This document shows, in pieces, positions 18,820 through 27,440 of a DNA stretch of 35,167 nucleotides. Numbering within the stretch: the first letter of the stretch is position 1; every line of letters begins with the position of its first letter. The translations under genes and the position numbers were made by a program. The DNA lies in the sequence record SRR2962707_4996, one strand, 5' to 3'. The notes under the pieces are model-generated. The model saw only the letters and a program-made list of their open reading frames with translations. It was not told the origin of the DNA and searched no databases.

Positions 18820-19539
18820 ATGACACAACGAGTATGGGACAAATTCCTTACGGAAAAAGACAAGAAGATCTTTCAACTGGCCGGTTATGGAAAGCGTGGC
18901 GGCTTTGGCACGCGGCCAGCCCTGTTTATTATCGATGTTCAATATAATTTTTGTGGTGATGAGCCCGGCGAAGCGCAAGAAGAAGGCGTGAAAAAATATC
19001 GCACCCATTGCGGTGAAGTTGGCTGGAAGGCTGTGCCACATATCGAGCGCCTATTAAAAATAGCGCGCGAGAAAAATTTGCCGGTTTTCTATACCCAGTC
19101 AGAACGGCGTCCCGATATGATTGATAGCGGCGTACAGGTTGGTAAAAATCATCGCGGCTCTGAAAAGACGAGCCAAGAAGGAACACATGCCACGCAGACA
19201 GTTGCCCCGCTAAAGCCGGAGCCTCAAGATATTTTAATTGGCAAGCGAAAACCTTCGGCGTTCTTCGGCACTATCTTTATGAGCCATCTGAACTTTTTGG
19301 ATGTAGATACGCTCATCATGACCGGTTGCACGACATCTGGCTGCCTACGCGCAACATCGGTTGATGCCTATTCTCTAAATTTCAAAGTGATCATACCTGA
19401 GGAAACCGCATTTGATCGTTTTGAAGCCAGTCATGCCATTAATCTGTTTGATCTAAACTGCAAATATGCCGATGTGATACCGGTTGATGAAGTAGCCCAA
19501 TATATGGAAAGCCTACCGGTGCGCGCGAACCCAGAATAA
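18820..19539 (+). CDS. Isochorismatase family amidase (maleamate amidohydrolase / N-carbamoylsarcosine amidase-like)
   Basis: Asp-Lys-Cys triad: IIDVQ, K..PSAFFGT, TTSGCLRAT. ATG 18820 follows an AAGGA RBS. Confidence 0.92.
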   Translation: MTQRVWDKFLTEKDKKIFQLAGYGKRGGFGTRPALFIIDVQYNFCGDEPGEAQEEGVKKYRTHCGEVGWKAVPHIERLLKIAREKNLPVFYTQSERRPDMIDSGVQVGKNHRGSEKTSQEGTHATQTVAPLKPEPQDILIGKRKPSAFFGTIFMSHLNFLDVDTLIMTGCTTSGCLRATSVDAYSLNFKVIIPEETAFDRFEASHAINLFDLNCKYADVIPVDEVAQYMESLPVRANPE

Positions 19540-19611
19540 GACAATTGCGTATTATTTTCCGCACCGACCTAGAACGCAAGCCTTCGCTGATCGCACAAAA
19601 ATCAATATCCC

Positions 19612-19674
19612 CTGACCTCTGAAGGCAGAGGTCTGTTGTTCGAATCGCGCCGAGTGCACCAATAATTTCAATGG
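19612..19674 (+). repeat. Degenerate att direct repeat (copy of the tRNA 3' half from the anticodon arm, plus 13 nt of flank)
   Basis: 19626-19674 CAGAGGTCTGTTGTTCGAATCGCGCCGAGTGCACCAATAATTTCAATGG aligns to 1-49 with 7 mismatches. The T-stem is disrupted, and there is no D-arm or acceptor 5' strand upstream. Confidence 0.9.
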
Positions 19675-19919
19675 CAAATAGTGACTTAAATTTCCAATTT
19701 TATCGGAAAGAGCTATTCATGCGAAAGATGCCCCCTCCAAAGAGAATATCGCCAACAGTTCTCCAGACTATTGCAAACCAATGCTAAATGACGGTCCTGC
19801 GCTGCGTATCTTTGCAGTCTTGAACGAGCAAAATTATAAGCTGAACAAGGTCTCTACTTTATAAGTGAACTCATCCAACATCGTCGGTCATAAGCGCCGA
19901 CCAGCACTTCAACTACGCT

Positions 19920-21485
19920 CTACCAAGGCACATGCTTGATCTCAACCTGCGGAAGGCCAATAGGCTCAATCCCGCATTGATTTGCGAGCGCACCAAACGC
20001 CTCTGTTTCAATCAAGTCCTCATAGGGCAGCTCGGGGAAAATCAATCCCGCACGGTGTAATGATGCATCAACAAGCAACATACATCCCCCAACACCATCA
20101 AGTGCTACGCGCTTAAGATGTCTTAGATCACTTAAATGATACCTGCTGCCTACATCAGCAGGCGGCTGATAGAGACCTTTATTGATGGCTCTAAAATAAC
20201 GATAGTTCTTTATCAAACCACGCGTGACAAAACTATTTTGGTCAAAACTTGGACCGTTGCTAAATTTGACACAATTTGGCGCGGCGATTTTGGCATCAGT
20301 AGCCAACAATTGTTCGATAATATCAGCTGGGAAATCGCAAACATCTGCGTCCAACCACAATACCCAATCATCCTCATCACGCAGTGAATGACCAATCAAA
20401 TAATTGCGGACTTTTGCAATACGGCTGCGCCTTTGGCGCTGCTTACTTCGCGCTGATCGCTCCTCGGTGCGCAGCTCGTTTCCTGTTGTCTGTGTAAGAA
20501 TAGAAATGTCGACAAAGCTGCCACCAAACTTAGCTTTAAACTCCTCTAATTTTAGACGCGTGGAATCTGTGCTATCGCCTTCGCAAAATGCAATACGAAT
20601 GCGGTCCTTTGGGTACTCTAAACGCATCAACAAATCACCCAATGACATCAGATGCTCAGCTGCATTTCTAACCGGAATGAAAATAGCCACTTTGCCATCC
20701 TTGGGAGGAAGCTCGCTCTGGGCAACCGCAGAAACTTCTTGAATTAATTTAGCCGCATCAAATTGCGGCCCACGGCTGAGCCTATAAAGTGCTCGGTAAA
20801 TGAACTTTTTTGCAATTGGAATCCCGCTATTTTTATTCCGATTATGCCACCATGTTCCCGCCCAATGGTGAACAGACAAAGTGCTTTTCGTTTGATCGGT
20901 TTTCCCAGCCTTATCAACGGGCGCAAACAGATAATTATCGTGAATCGCGAATGCTTTTTGATCATCATAACTTAGCTGTGCGGACGTAAAAATGCATGGG
21001 CCGGTGATGTCGAGAACATCTTTTTCACTGCTGCTGTTCATCTTAAGGTATTTTAAAAGGTGAGGCCAAAACGGATGGTTTTTGGGACTCGCTATCGTAC
21101 CATTGAAAAGGAGGTAAGGTTGTCCGCGCCAGTCCGCTTGGGTTTTTGTATGGGCGTCCGGTTCTTTACAAACGACGACCCTATCTTCCGCAACAATCGA
21201 ATCAAACGAGCGAACACATTCACAGTCGAGATCGGCATATACGCCGCCGAAATGATGCAACAGCATATAGCGGGCAGCATCTGCGCGCATAACGCCCCGT
21301 GGGTACTGGACATATGTGGACAGAAAGTCAGGATAAAACTCAGCAACGAAGTCTAGTAGGCTGCGATCTGTCCAAAGTATGCGCTTCCAGTTGGGATTAT
21401 GCGTTTCCCATGTTTCCACATAAGTTTTGAACTCATCTGGAATCTCGCTGGTTTTCCAGGTCTGATGTAAAATTTTAGGAATCAT
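19920..21485 (-). CDS. Two-domain glycosyltransferase: N-terminal Och1/GT32-like plus C-terminal Anp1/Mnn9 (GT62)-like
   Basis: N-terminal: MIPKILHQTWK, RADAARY, GGVYADLD, HPFW, TGP, HHWAGTW. C-terminal: AKVRNYL, WVLWLDADV, LDGVGG, HRAGLIFP, IETEAFG. Confidence 0.85.
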   Translation of the reverse strand: MIPKILHQTWKTSEIPDEFKTYVETWETHNPNWKRILWTDRSLLDFVAEFYPDFLSTYVQYPRGVMRADAARYMLLHHFGGVYADLDCECVRSFDSIVAEDRVVVCKEPDAHTKTQADWRGQPYLLFNGTIASPKNHPFWPHLLKYLKMNSSSEKDVLDITGPCIFTSAQLSYDDQKAFAIHDNYLFAPVDKAGKTDQTKSTLSVHHWAGTWWHNRNKNSGIPIAKKFIYRALYRLSRGPQFDAAKLIQEVSAVAQSELPPKDGKVAIFIPVRNAAEHLMSLGDLLMRLEYPKDRIRIAFCEGDSTDSTRLKLEEFKAKFGGSFVDISILTQTTGNELRTEERSARSKQRQRRSRIAKVRNYLIGHSLRDEDDWVLWLDADVCDFPADIIEQLLATDAKIAAPNCVKFSNGPSFDQNSFVTRGLIKNYRYFRAINKGLYQPPADVGSRYHLSDLRHLKRVALDGVGGCMLLVDASLHRAGLIFPELPYEDLIETEAFGALANQCGIEPIGLPQVEIKHVPW

Positions 21486-21645
21486 TTGGACATCAATGAT
21501 TCATCGTGCTGTCGGTGTCCATATCAATTTCTCTATTTTTAGGCAGGACGCTCTTTTCTTTTCTTGGCGTTTTTTCACCTTGATTTGCACAGTATGTTTC
21601 GGTGTTAAAACTCTTCACGAGGGCAATCTAAATTTTAGGTAAATA

Positions 21646-22809
21646 TTAAGAGGCTCTCAACTCTTCGCAAACGGCGCTTCTGATCAAATCAAATGTGTGG
21701 TTTTCGCGAACAAATTGTCTGGCCCGTTCTGCAATTTGAAAGGCTTTCGCGGGGTTTTTCGTTAAATGTAGAATTTCCTGGGCGACCATTTGCGCTGTAT
21801 CCGCACGGATAAAATGTTCGCCTTCAACAATAGTAAGACCCTCAACCGCCTTGGCGCTGGCACATACGACGACGCCTGCAGCCATCGCCTCTAGAACTTT
21901 AATTCTCGTTCCACTTCCAAAGCGCATCGGCATTGGTGCATAGGCTGATTTAGCAAGAAGAGGCTGAACATCAGCTGGGTTTTCGATTAGTTCAATTTGC
22001 GGGCCTTTGCACAGTTTTCGGATTTTCCGATTAGGACTGCGACCCGCCACAACAAATTTACCATTGCTATTGAGAAAATTTGGCATGCCCGCATCAATGA
22101 ATTGCGAAATGGCGTCCACATTAGGGAAATAGAACAAATGGCCGATATAGGCCATATGAGCGAAACGATAACGCCCTACTTCAATTGGAATGTTAAATAG
22201 ATTTTCATTGGGAATTGGGTTTGGAATAATCCGAGCCGTTACATCCGGTGTCAAATCGAGCAATGCCGCCTGATCTGTGCTTGAACAAACCCAAACAGAC
22301 GTCGCCAAATGCGCCGCGTCAATATCATCCCTTTCGGCCACTTTTATTTGCTCAGCAAAATTATGACCCCGAAATAGGCGCTTGAAAAGGGAGAATTGTG
22401 AAGTCTGATCTTTTAGCAACGCGGATTCGATATTGTGCATATCAAGGATGACCGGAATTCGTTGTTTTTTAAATGCTGGCATCAATTCAGCCAAAGAAAT
22501 GCCTTCCAGAATGACGATATCTGGTTTGAATATTTTCACTTCACGCTCAATCTCTTCGCATTGAGCGGCCGAGAAGGTCAAAACCGTAGGATGACCAGAA
22601 TTTCTCATATGGCTGAGTTTACCGGAACCTGTTGAGCCCAAAATGCGGCTATCTATACCATCAGGTTCGCTCGATAATTTTTCACCAGAAAGGCTTAAGT
22701 TTAAAAAATCACCGAGCGATTTCGATGCCATCGCGATAGCAAAATTACGGATATCTGCTCCCGACGTCGCAGCAAATGGATATTCAACAGTCATTTGTAG
22801 AATTCGCAC
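21646..22809 (-). CDS. Glycosyltransferase family 4 (GT-B)
   Basis: DMHNIES, YFPNVDA and FGSGTRIKVLEAMAAG motifs. Confidence 0.9.
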   Translation of the reverse strand: MRILQMTVEYPFAATSGADIRNFAIAMASKSLGDFLNLSLSGEKLSSEPDGIDSRILGSTGSGKLSHMRNSGHPTVLTFSAAQCEEIEREVKIFKPDIVILEGISLAELMPAFKKQRIPVILDMHNIESALLKDQTSQFSLFKRLFRGHNFAEQIKVAERDDIDAAHLATSVWVCSSTDQAALLDLTPDVTARIIPNPIPNENLFNIPIEVGRYRFAHMAYIGHLFYFPNVDAISQFIDAGMPNFLNSNGKFVVAGRSPNRKIRKLCKGPQIELIENPADVQPLLAKSAYAPMPMRFGSGTRIKVLEAMAAGVVVCASAKAVEGLTIVEGEHFIRADTAQMVAQEILHLTKNPAKAFQIAERARQFVRENHTFDLIRSAVCEELRAS

Positions 22810-22847
22810 TGGCTAGGTTACCAAAATAAGCGTTGATCTTAATATCT

Positions 22848-23618
22848 TCAGTTTTTAAATCGGCGATTATGAATTTTAGATCTAAACGTCTTCACTGCGG
22901 CCAGAACATTACCCCATTTAGCACGTGCGACTTTGCGGTCACGCTTCATATCGAGCCTATTTTGTTCAATCAATGAGCCGCCAAGTACGCTGCTTATTTC
23001 GGCTATAGGATTTGGTGTGACAGACCAAACACGAATGTTAAATTCCCAAGTATGGGCAATATCTTCATCCACCGGCCGGAAAATACGTGATCTATTTAAA
23101 AGCCTTTTGGCTGCGGGTTTTGTAATCAAATAGCAAACGAGCCCCGAAGCTGGATATTTATAAAGAACAAAATTGACATCATCTATCGTGTGCAGAACTT
23201 CGACTTTCTTGGGTTGAAAATCAAATAATTTCACGATGTCCCAATGGCTTGGATTTGAAAGTGAAACATTTAGACAATGAATAAAATGTCGGGCATCTAT
23301 TATAGAAAAATCATCTTCAAATACCAATCCAGCGTCAAAATCGCTATCGGCGATCTGTTGCCAAATTTTGCGATGACCTGCATAGGCCGCCACTTCTGCT
23401 AGCCCCAAGGATCGCTTTGACAATATTCTATTTAACCAAGGCGAGTAGAGCTTTTGAACAATTGGGCTTTCTTTACCGACTCCAGTTACAAAGGTGCCCT
23501 CAAAACCAAGAGCGCTAAGTTGTTCCTGCGCGCTTTTCCGGCGCGGTCCATTCTCCTCCTCCATAGTCAAAATGAAGGTGGGTAATTGTTTAGCACTTAG
23601 GATTAAGTCAGATTTCAA
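22848..23618 (-). CDS. Glycosyltransferase family 25
   Basis: EVAAYAGHRKIW, VFEDD, YLITKPAAKRLL and PVD motifs. Confidence 0.88.
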   Translation of the reverse strand: MKSDLILSAKQLPTFILTMEEENGPRRKSAQEQLSALGFEGTFVTGVGKESPIVQKLYSPWLNRILSKRSLGLAEVAAYAGHRKIWQQIADSDFDAGLVFEDDFSIIDARHFIHCLNVSLSNPSHWDIVKLFDFQPKKVEVLHTIDDVNFVLYKYPASGLVCYLITKPAAKRLLNRSRIFRPVDEDIAHTWEFNIRVWSVTPNPIAEISSVLGGSLIEQNRLDMKRDRKVARAKWGNVLAAVKTFRSKIHNRRFKN

Positions 23619-23880
23619 AATTAAAGGATACCCGTTTTTGCAACTATTGATTTATCGGCTCCGTCCTTCAACACAGCTACACCCAAAAAGCTAGACCGCC
23701 ATTCCTAAAGTGTAAATCAAAACACACCGAAAAAGTACCTATTGGCTTACTATCTTCGCTCTTGTGTCCCGTGCGCGCACTGTGCAGCGCATGGCTGCCT
23801 CACCGCTAAAGAAGTGCGTTCTATACATCGCTTCCATCTGCCTATAGATATTCCAGACAATACCAGCGGGATAATCAACG

Positions 23881-25251
23881 ATGCCAAATTCGTCACTTCA
23901 AAAAGCACCTTTTTCTGAGGCCAAAAAATTTCTTGAGACCTATCCGGATTTGCAAGCAATCGACATTGTTTTGAGTGATTTAAACGGCATTGGACGCGGA
24001 AAAATTATTCGGCGCCATGAATTGGAAAGCCTTTTTAATTCAGGTCGCGGCATGCCCGCATCGCTGTTTGCGCAAGATGTTTCAGGCCATGATGTTGATG
24101 CGGCAATTGCTCTGGTAAATGATGGCGGCGGCGATAGTCGCTGTTGGCCCGTGCCCAACACGCTTGGTTATCAGACAACCACTGGCCGTGGGATGGTGCT
24201 GCTGCAAATGGAGACGCCCAACGGTAACCCAACACCGACCGACCCTCGCAATGCGATGATGATGCAAATCGCGCGTGCAAAAGCCATGGGATATAATCCC
24301 ATGGGTGCGATGGAACTTGAATTTTATCTGGTCGACAAAGAACGTGATGGCGATGGCAAACCGCAACCAGCTCGCGCGCCGATGACTGGACGCCGTTTGT
24401 CAGCCACCAATTGCATGTCGGTGGATGAGCTTGATGAAATGGCACCGCTGTTTGATGCCGTTTATGAGGGCGCTGCGGCGCTTGATATTCCGATGGAAAG
24501 TTTAATTTCCGAATATGCCATCGGGCAATTTGAATTAACGCTTAGATATCGGGATCTGGCGCGTGCGGCCGATGATATCGTACGCTCTAAACGCCTTTTG
24601 CGCAGCACGGCACGGCGCTTTGGCATGGAGGCCTGCTTCATGTCGAAACCCTTTGCGCAGAGTTCCGGCTCAGGCATGCACTTGCATCTGTCTATGACGG
24701 ATGAAACCGGCGTAAATATTTTTGCAGACAAAGCAGATGGTTCACTCGATCCGCGCATGCTTAACGCTATTGGCGGCATTCGCGAAAGCATGGCGGATTC
24801 CATGTTGGTGCTGGCACCTGTGCTTAACAGCTGGCGGCGTTTTGCAGGCACTGTTTATTCTCCAGCGGCCAACACATGGGGCACTGAAGACCGCAATGTC
24901 GCGCTGCGCATTCCGTCGGGCGGCGCGAAAACACGCCATTTTGAACACCGCGTGGCTGGCGTCGATGCCAATCCCTATTTGGTTTCAGCCATTGTATTGG
25001 GTGCAGCCTTAGATGGCATCGAAGCTAAAATAGAACCTGGCGTCGAAGGCGCTTCCGGCGAGGCGGCATATCCGCCAATGCCTGGCGGCTGGCTTGATGC
25101 AATTAACCGCTTTGAAGATTCCGAAGCCATGAAATCTATATTAGGCGCGCCACTACATCAGCTTTTTGCGGCGGTGAAGCGCGGCGAACATGATGCGCTG
25201 GCCATTGAGGTGACGGATTTAGAGTGGCAGCTTTACGGCACCACGATTTAA
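23881..25251 (+). CDS. Glutamine synthetase family protein (gamma-glutamyl-amine ligase, PuuA-like)
   Basis: DLNGIGRGK, ELEFYL, EYAIGQFE, GSGMHLHLS, EHRVAGVDANPYL. Confidence 0.9.
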   Translation: MPNSSLQKAPFSEAKKFLETYPDLQAIDIVLSDLNGIGRGKIIRRHELESLFNSGRGMPASLFAQDVSGHDVDAAIALVNDGGGDSRCWPVPNTLGYQTTTGRGMVLLQMETPNGNPTPTDPRNAMMMQIARAKAMGYNPMGAMELEFYLVDKERDGDGKPQPARAPMTGRRLSATNCMSVDELDEMAPLFDAVYEGAAALDIPMESLISEYAIGQFELTLRYRDLARAADDIVRSKRLLRSTARRFGMEACFMSKPFAQSSGSGMHLHLSMTDETGVNIFADKADGSLDPRMLNAIGGIRESMADSMLVLAPVLNSWRRFAGTVYSPAANTWGTEDRNVALRIPSGGAKTRHFEHRVAGVDANPYLVSAIVLGAALDGIEAKIEPGVEGASGEAAYPPMPGGWLDAINRFEDSEAMKSILGAPLHQLFAAVKRGEHDALAIEVTDLEWQLYGTTI

Positions 25252-25273
25252 GTAAACCTGTCGCAGCGACAAT

Positions 25274-25492
25274 TTAAATTTCGGCTTCAATCATTTTGCG
25301 AATTTTGAGTGCCTTTTCAAAATGATCGAGTTGGTGGGTTTTAATCCACCAAACTGCCGCTTCCATAAGCAAATCAGGGTCATCATTTTTGTTAGCAAAA
25401 AAAGCATAAAATGAGAGACCAACACCATCGCCTTTTTTGGCGATTTTCTCGTCGCAAACGGTCAAGGCTTTTTGTTGGAGAGATGGTCTCAT
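25274..25492 (-). CDS. Small conserved alphaproteobacterial protein (DUF6500-like)
   Basis: KIAKKG..VGLSFYAFFANKNDDP.LLMEAA.WWI..H.LDHFEKA pattern. Start moved to ATG 25492. Confidence 0.75.
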   Translation of the reverse strand: MRPSLQQKALTVCDEKIAKKGDGVGLSFYAFFANKNDDPDLLMEAAVWWIKTHQLDHFEKALKIRKMIEAEI

Positions 25493-25533
25493 GCGATTGA
25501 TGCTTTCTTCGGTTTTATTAACTAAGCTAAAAA

Positions 25534-25965
25534 TTACTGCGTACATTCGACTTTAGAAATCGTCGCCCCAAGACCTAATTCGGGTGCGCCGCCTTCAATG
25601 ATCGCTTTTGTGTCTTCTACAACAATCGTGATTGGTGTCGATGTTTTCGCGCCTTCTTGGCTAAATTCATAGTCTGCCGTAATTGTCGAACCTGCGACAG
25701 TACCGCCAAATTTTCCGAGCCTACGATCTTTAAATTGCGGCAACCAATTATATTCACCCGCCGCTTTGCTTCCACTGACGTTGAACTTCAATTCTTGAAC
25801 ATCGGTAACATCGCCGTTTGAAAATGTCTGCGTGAAACAATAATCACCGTCTTTTAATTCGTTGGTAGCGGTTTGCGCGGCCGTCACATTTTGCTCGGTG
25901 CATCCCGCTATTGCCAAGGTAGCCACGGCAAAAAGCGTTGTTTTAACAGTCAAAGCGTTCATCAT
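25534..25965 (-). CDS. Putative lipoprotein
   Basis: Signal peptide with lipobox IAG-C when started at ATG 25965 (AGGA RBS). Confidence 0.7.
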   Translation of the reverse strand: MMNALTVKTTLFAVATLAIAGCTEQNVTAAQTATNELKDGDYCFTQTFSNGDVTDVQELKFNVSGSKAAGEYNWLPQFKDRRLGKFGGTVAGSTITADYEFSQEGAKTSTPITIVVEDTKAIIEGGAPELGLGATISKVECTQ

Positions 25966-26103
25966 TTTTATTCCTGTTTGTCGGCGACGCGGAAATGTCG
26001 CTTCGCAATTAGTTGGCAGTTCTTTTTCTGCTGCCAATTTAAGGCCGTATTATGAGTTTCTCATTGAACTTAAATGCAAATTGCTATTTTGTAATATTCA
26101 GCT

Positions 26104-26658
26104 TTGGGAGAGATTTTGGCAGACGCATCCAATATTGATGATTTGATCGCACAATGCGCGCTTAAAAACCAAGCGGCGTTCACTCAGCTATATAATTTGA
26201 CATCCGCGAAACTTTTTGGCGTCGTTCTTCGTGTTCTTAATAACAGGGCTGAAGCTGAAGACGCATTGCAAGAGATTTATATCAAAATCTGGAAGAATGC
26301 TGGCAAATTTGCCGTCAACCAATACAGCCCCATGTCTTGGCTTGTTGTTGTGGCAAGGAACCACGCCATTGATATTATCCGCGCCCGCAAACCGGTCGCC
26401 GTGGATATTGACGATGCTTTTGACGTGTCAGACGATAGCAAGACGCCGGAAGAAGAGGCGGTGAATAGTTCAGAAGGCAAGCGCATAGACCATTGCTTGT
26501 CAGAATTAGAAGAGAATAAAGCCCATGCAGTGCGCGGTGCTTATGTCGATGGTTATAGTTATGACGAATTGGCCGAGCGCTATGACGTGCCTATTAATAC
26601 AATGAGAACATGGCTGCGCCGCAGCCTAATGAGCCTAAAGGAATGTTTAGAGAGATGA
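26104..26658 (+). CDS. ECF RNA polymerase sigma factor (SigK/ECF26-like)
   Basis: AEDALQE, WLVVVARNHAID, YSYDELA, TMRTWLRRSL. True start may be TTG 26116 (GGAG RBS). Confidence 0.93.
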   Translation: MGEILADASNIDDLIAQCALKNQAAFTQLYNLTSAKLFGVVLRVLNNRAEAEDALQEIYIKIWKNAGKFAVNQYSPMSWLVVVARNHAIDIIRARKPVAVDIDDAFDVSDDSKTPEEEAVNSSEGKRIDHCLSELEENKAHAVRGAYVDGYSYDELAERYDVPINTMRTWLRRSLMSLKECLER

Positions 26659-27359
26659 GTTCGCCCCTTAACGATAATGAGCGTGATGACGTTCTAGCTG
26701 CAGAATATGCGCTAGGCACATTGCCTCATGGCGAGCGCATTTTATTTGAGCAAAGGTTATTCAATGAAGCGTTGCTGCAAGAGCGTGTGACGTGGTGGAA
26801 CGAGCAATTTATGCCGCTTGGCGATGAGATTGCACCGGTTGCGCCACCAGCTACCGTTTTAAAAAATGTAGAGACCCGCCTCTTTGCCTCCACCACGGCG
26901 CGCCGCTCATGGTGGGAGAGCGTTGGCTTTTGGCGCGGTCTTTCCATCGCTTCGCTTGCTGGCGTGATTGTGCTTGGCGGGCTGCTTGCGAACAACACAT
27001 TTAATCAAACTGCCCCCACTGCGCAGAGCTATGTCGCTCAGTTGGCTGCCGAAGGCTCTGAATTAAAAGTCGCTGCGCTTTATGATTCTGCAAGCGGCAA
27101 GCTGAAGCTAAACCGCTTGTCAGGCACTGCGCCAACCGGCCGTGATTTGGAATTGTGGGTTATCCCAACGGGACAAGCACCGATTTCGCTTGGTGTTTTA
27201 CCGGCGCAAGCGGGTGCTGAGATTGAAATTCCAGCGCAATTGCAAAATGTCATGGTTGCTGGCGGTGTTCTTGCGGTCACAGATGAACCGCTCGGCGGCT
27301 CGCCATCAGGCAACCCAACCGGCTCCGTTTTGGCCGCCGGCGACATTATTTCAATTTAA
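26655..27359 (+). CDS. Anti-sigma factor (RskA-like)
   Basis: AAEYALG N-terminus, one TM helix, LELW...P.SLG and EP.GGSP.G.PTG. ATGA coupling to the sigma gene. Confidence 0.9.
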   Translation: MSSPLNDNERDDVLAAEYALGTLPHGERILFEQRLFNEALLQERVTWWNEQFMPLGDEIAPVAPPATVLKNVETRLFASTTARRSWWESVGFWRGLSIASLAGVIVLGGLLANNTFNQTAPTAQSYVAQLAAEGSELKVAALYDSASGKLKLNRLSGTAPTGRDLELWVIPTGQAPISLGVLPAQAGAEIEIPAQLQNVMVAGGVLAVTDEPLGGSPSGNPTGSVLAAGDIISI

Positions 27360-27371
27360 TTTCTGATTTCT

Positions 27372-27398
27372 TGAAACTTTTTGGAGCCTGGCTCCGTC
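27372..27398 (+). promoter_or_regulatory. Putative ECF promoter TGAAAC-N17-CGTC
   Basis: Same motif and spacing upstream of three consecutive genes. Confidence 0.7.
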
Positions 27399-27440
27399 TA
27401 CCTATTATCCGATGATGGATAATATGGATAGGAGACCATT

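Larger units (their letters stand above)
1..19674. mobile_element. tRNA-anchored genomic island (~19.6 kb), apparently immobilised
   Basis: Direct repeat of the tRNA 3' end at both ends (42/49 identical by manual alignment), an integrase remnant next to the tRNA, and self-contained catabolic cargo. Confidence 0.85.

Noticed and set aside
8540-19539. Nicotinate maleamate pathway (nicC/nicE/nicF-like genes)
   Set aside because: No nicotinate hydroxylase, 2,5-dihydroxypyridine dioxygenase or deformylase. The isomerase-fold protein lacks its cysteines, and the aconitase and lyase would be unexplained.
19612-19661. A second functional tRNA gene
   Set aside because: Only the 3' half is present, the T-stem is broken and the anticodon arm is mutated. 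It is an att repeat.
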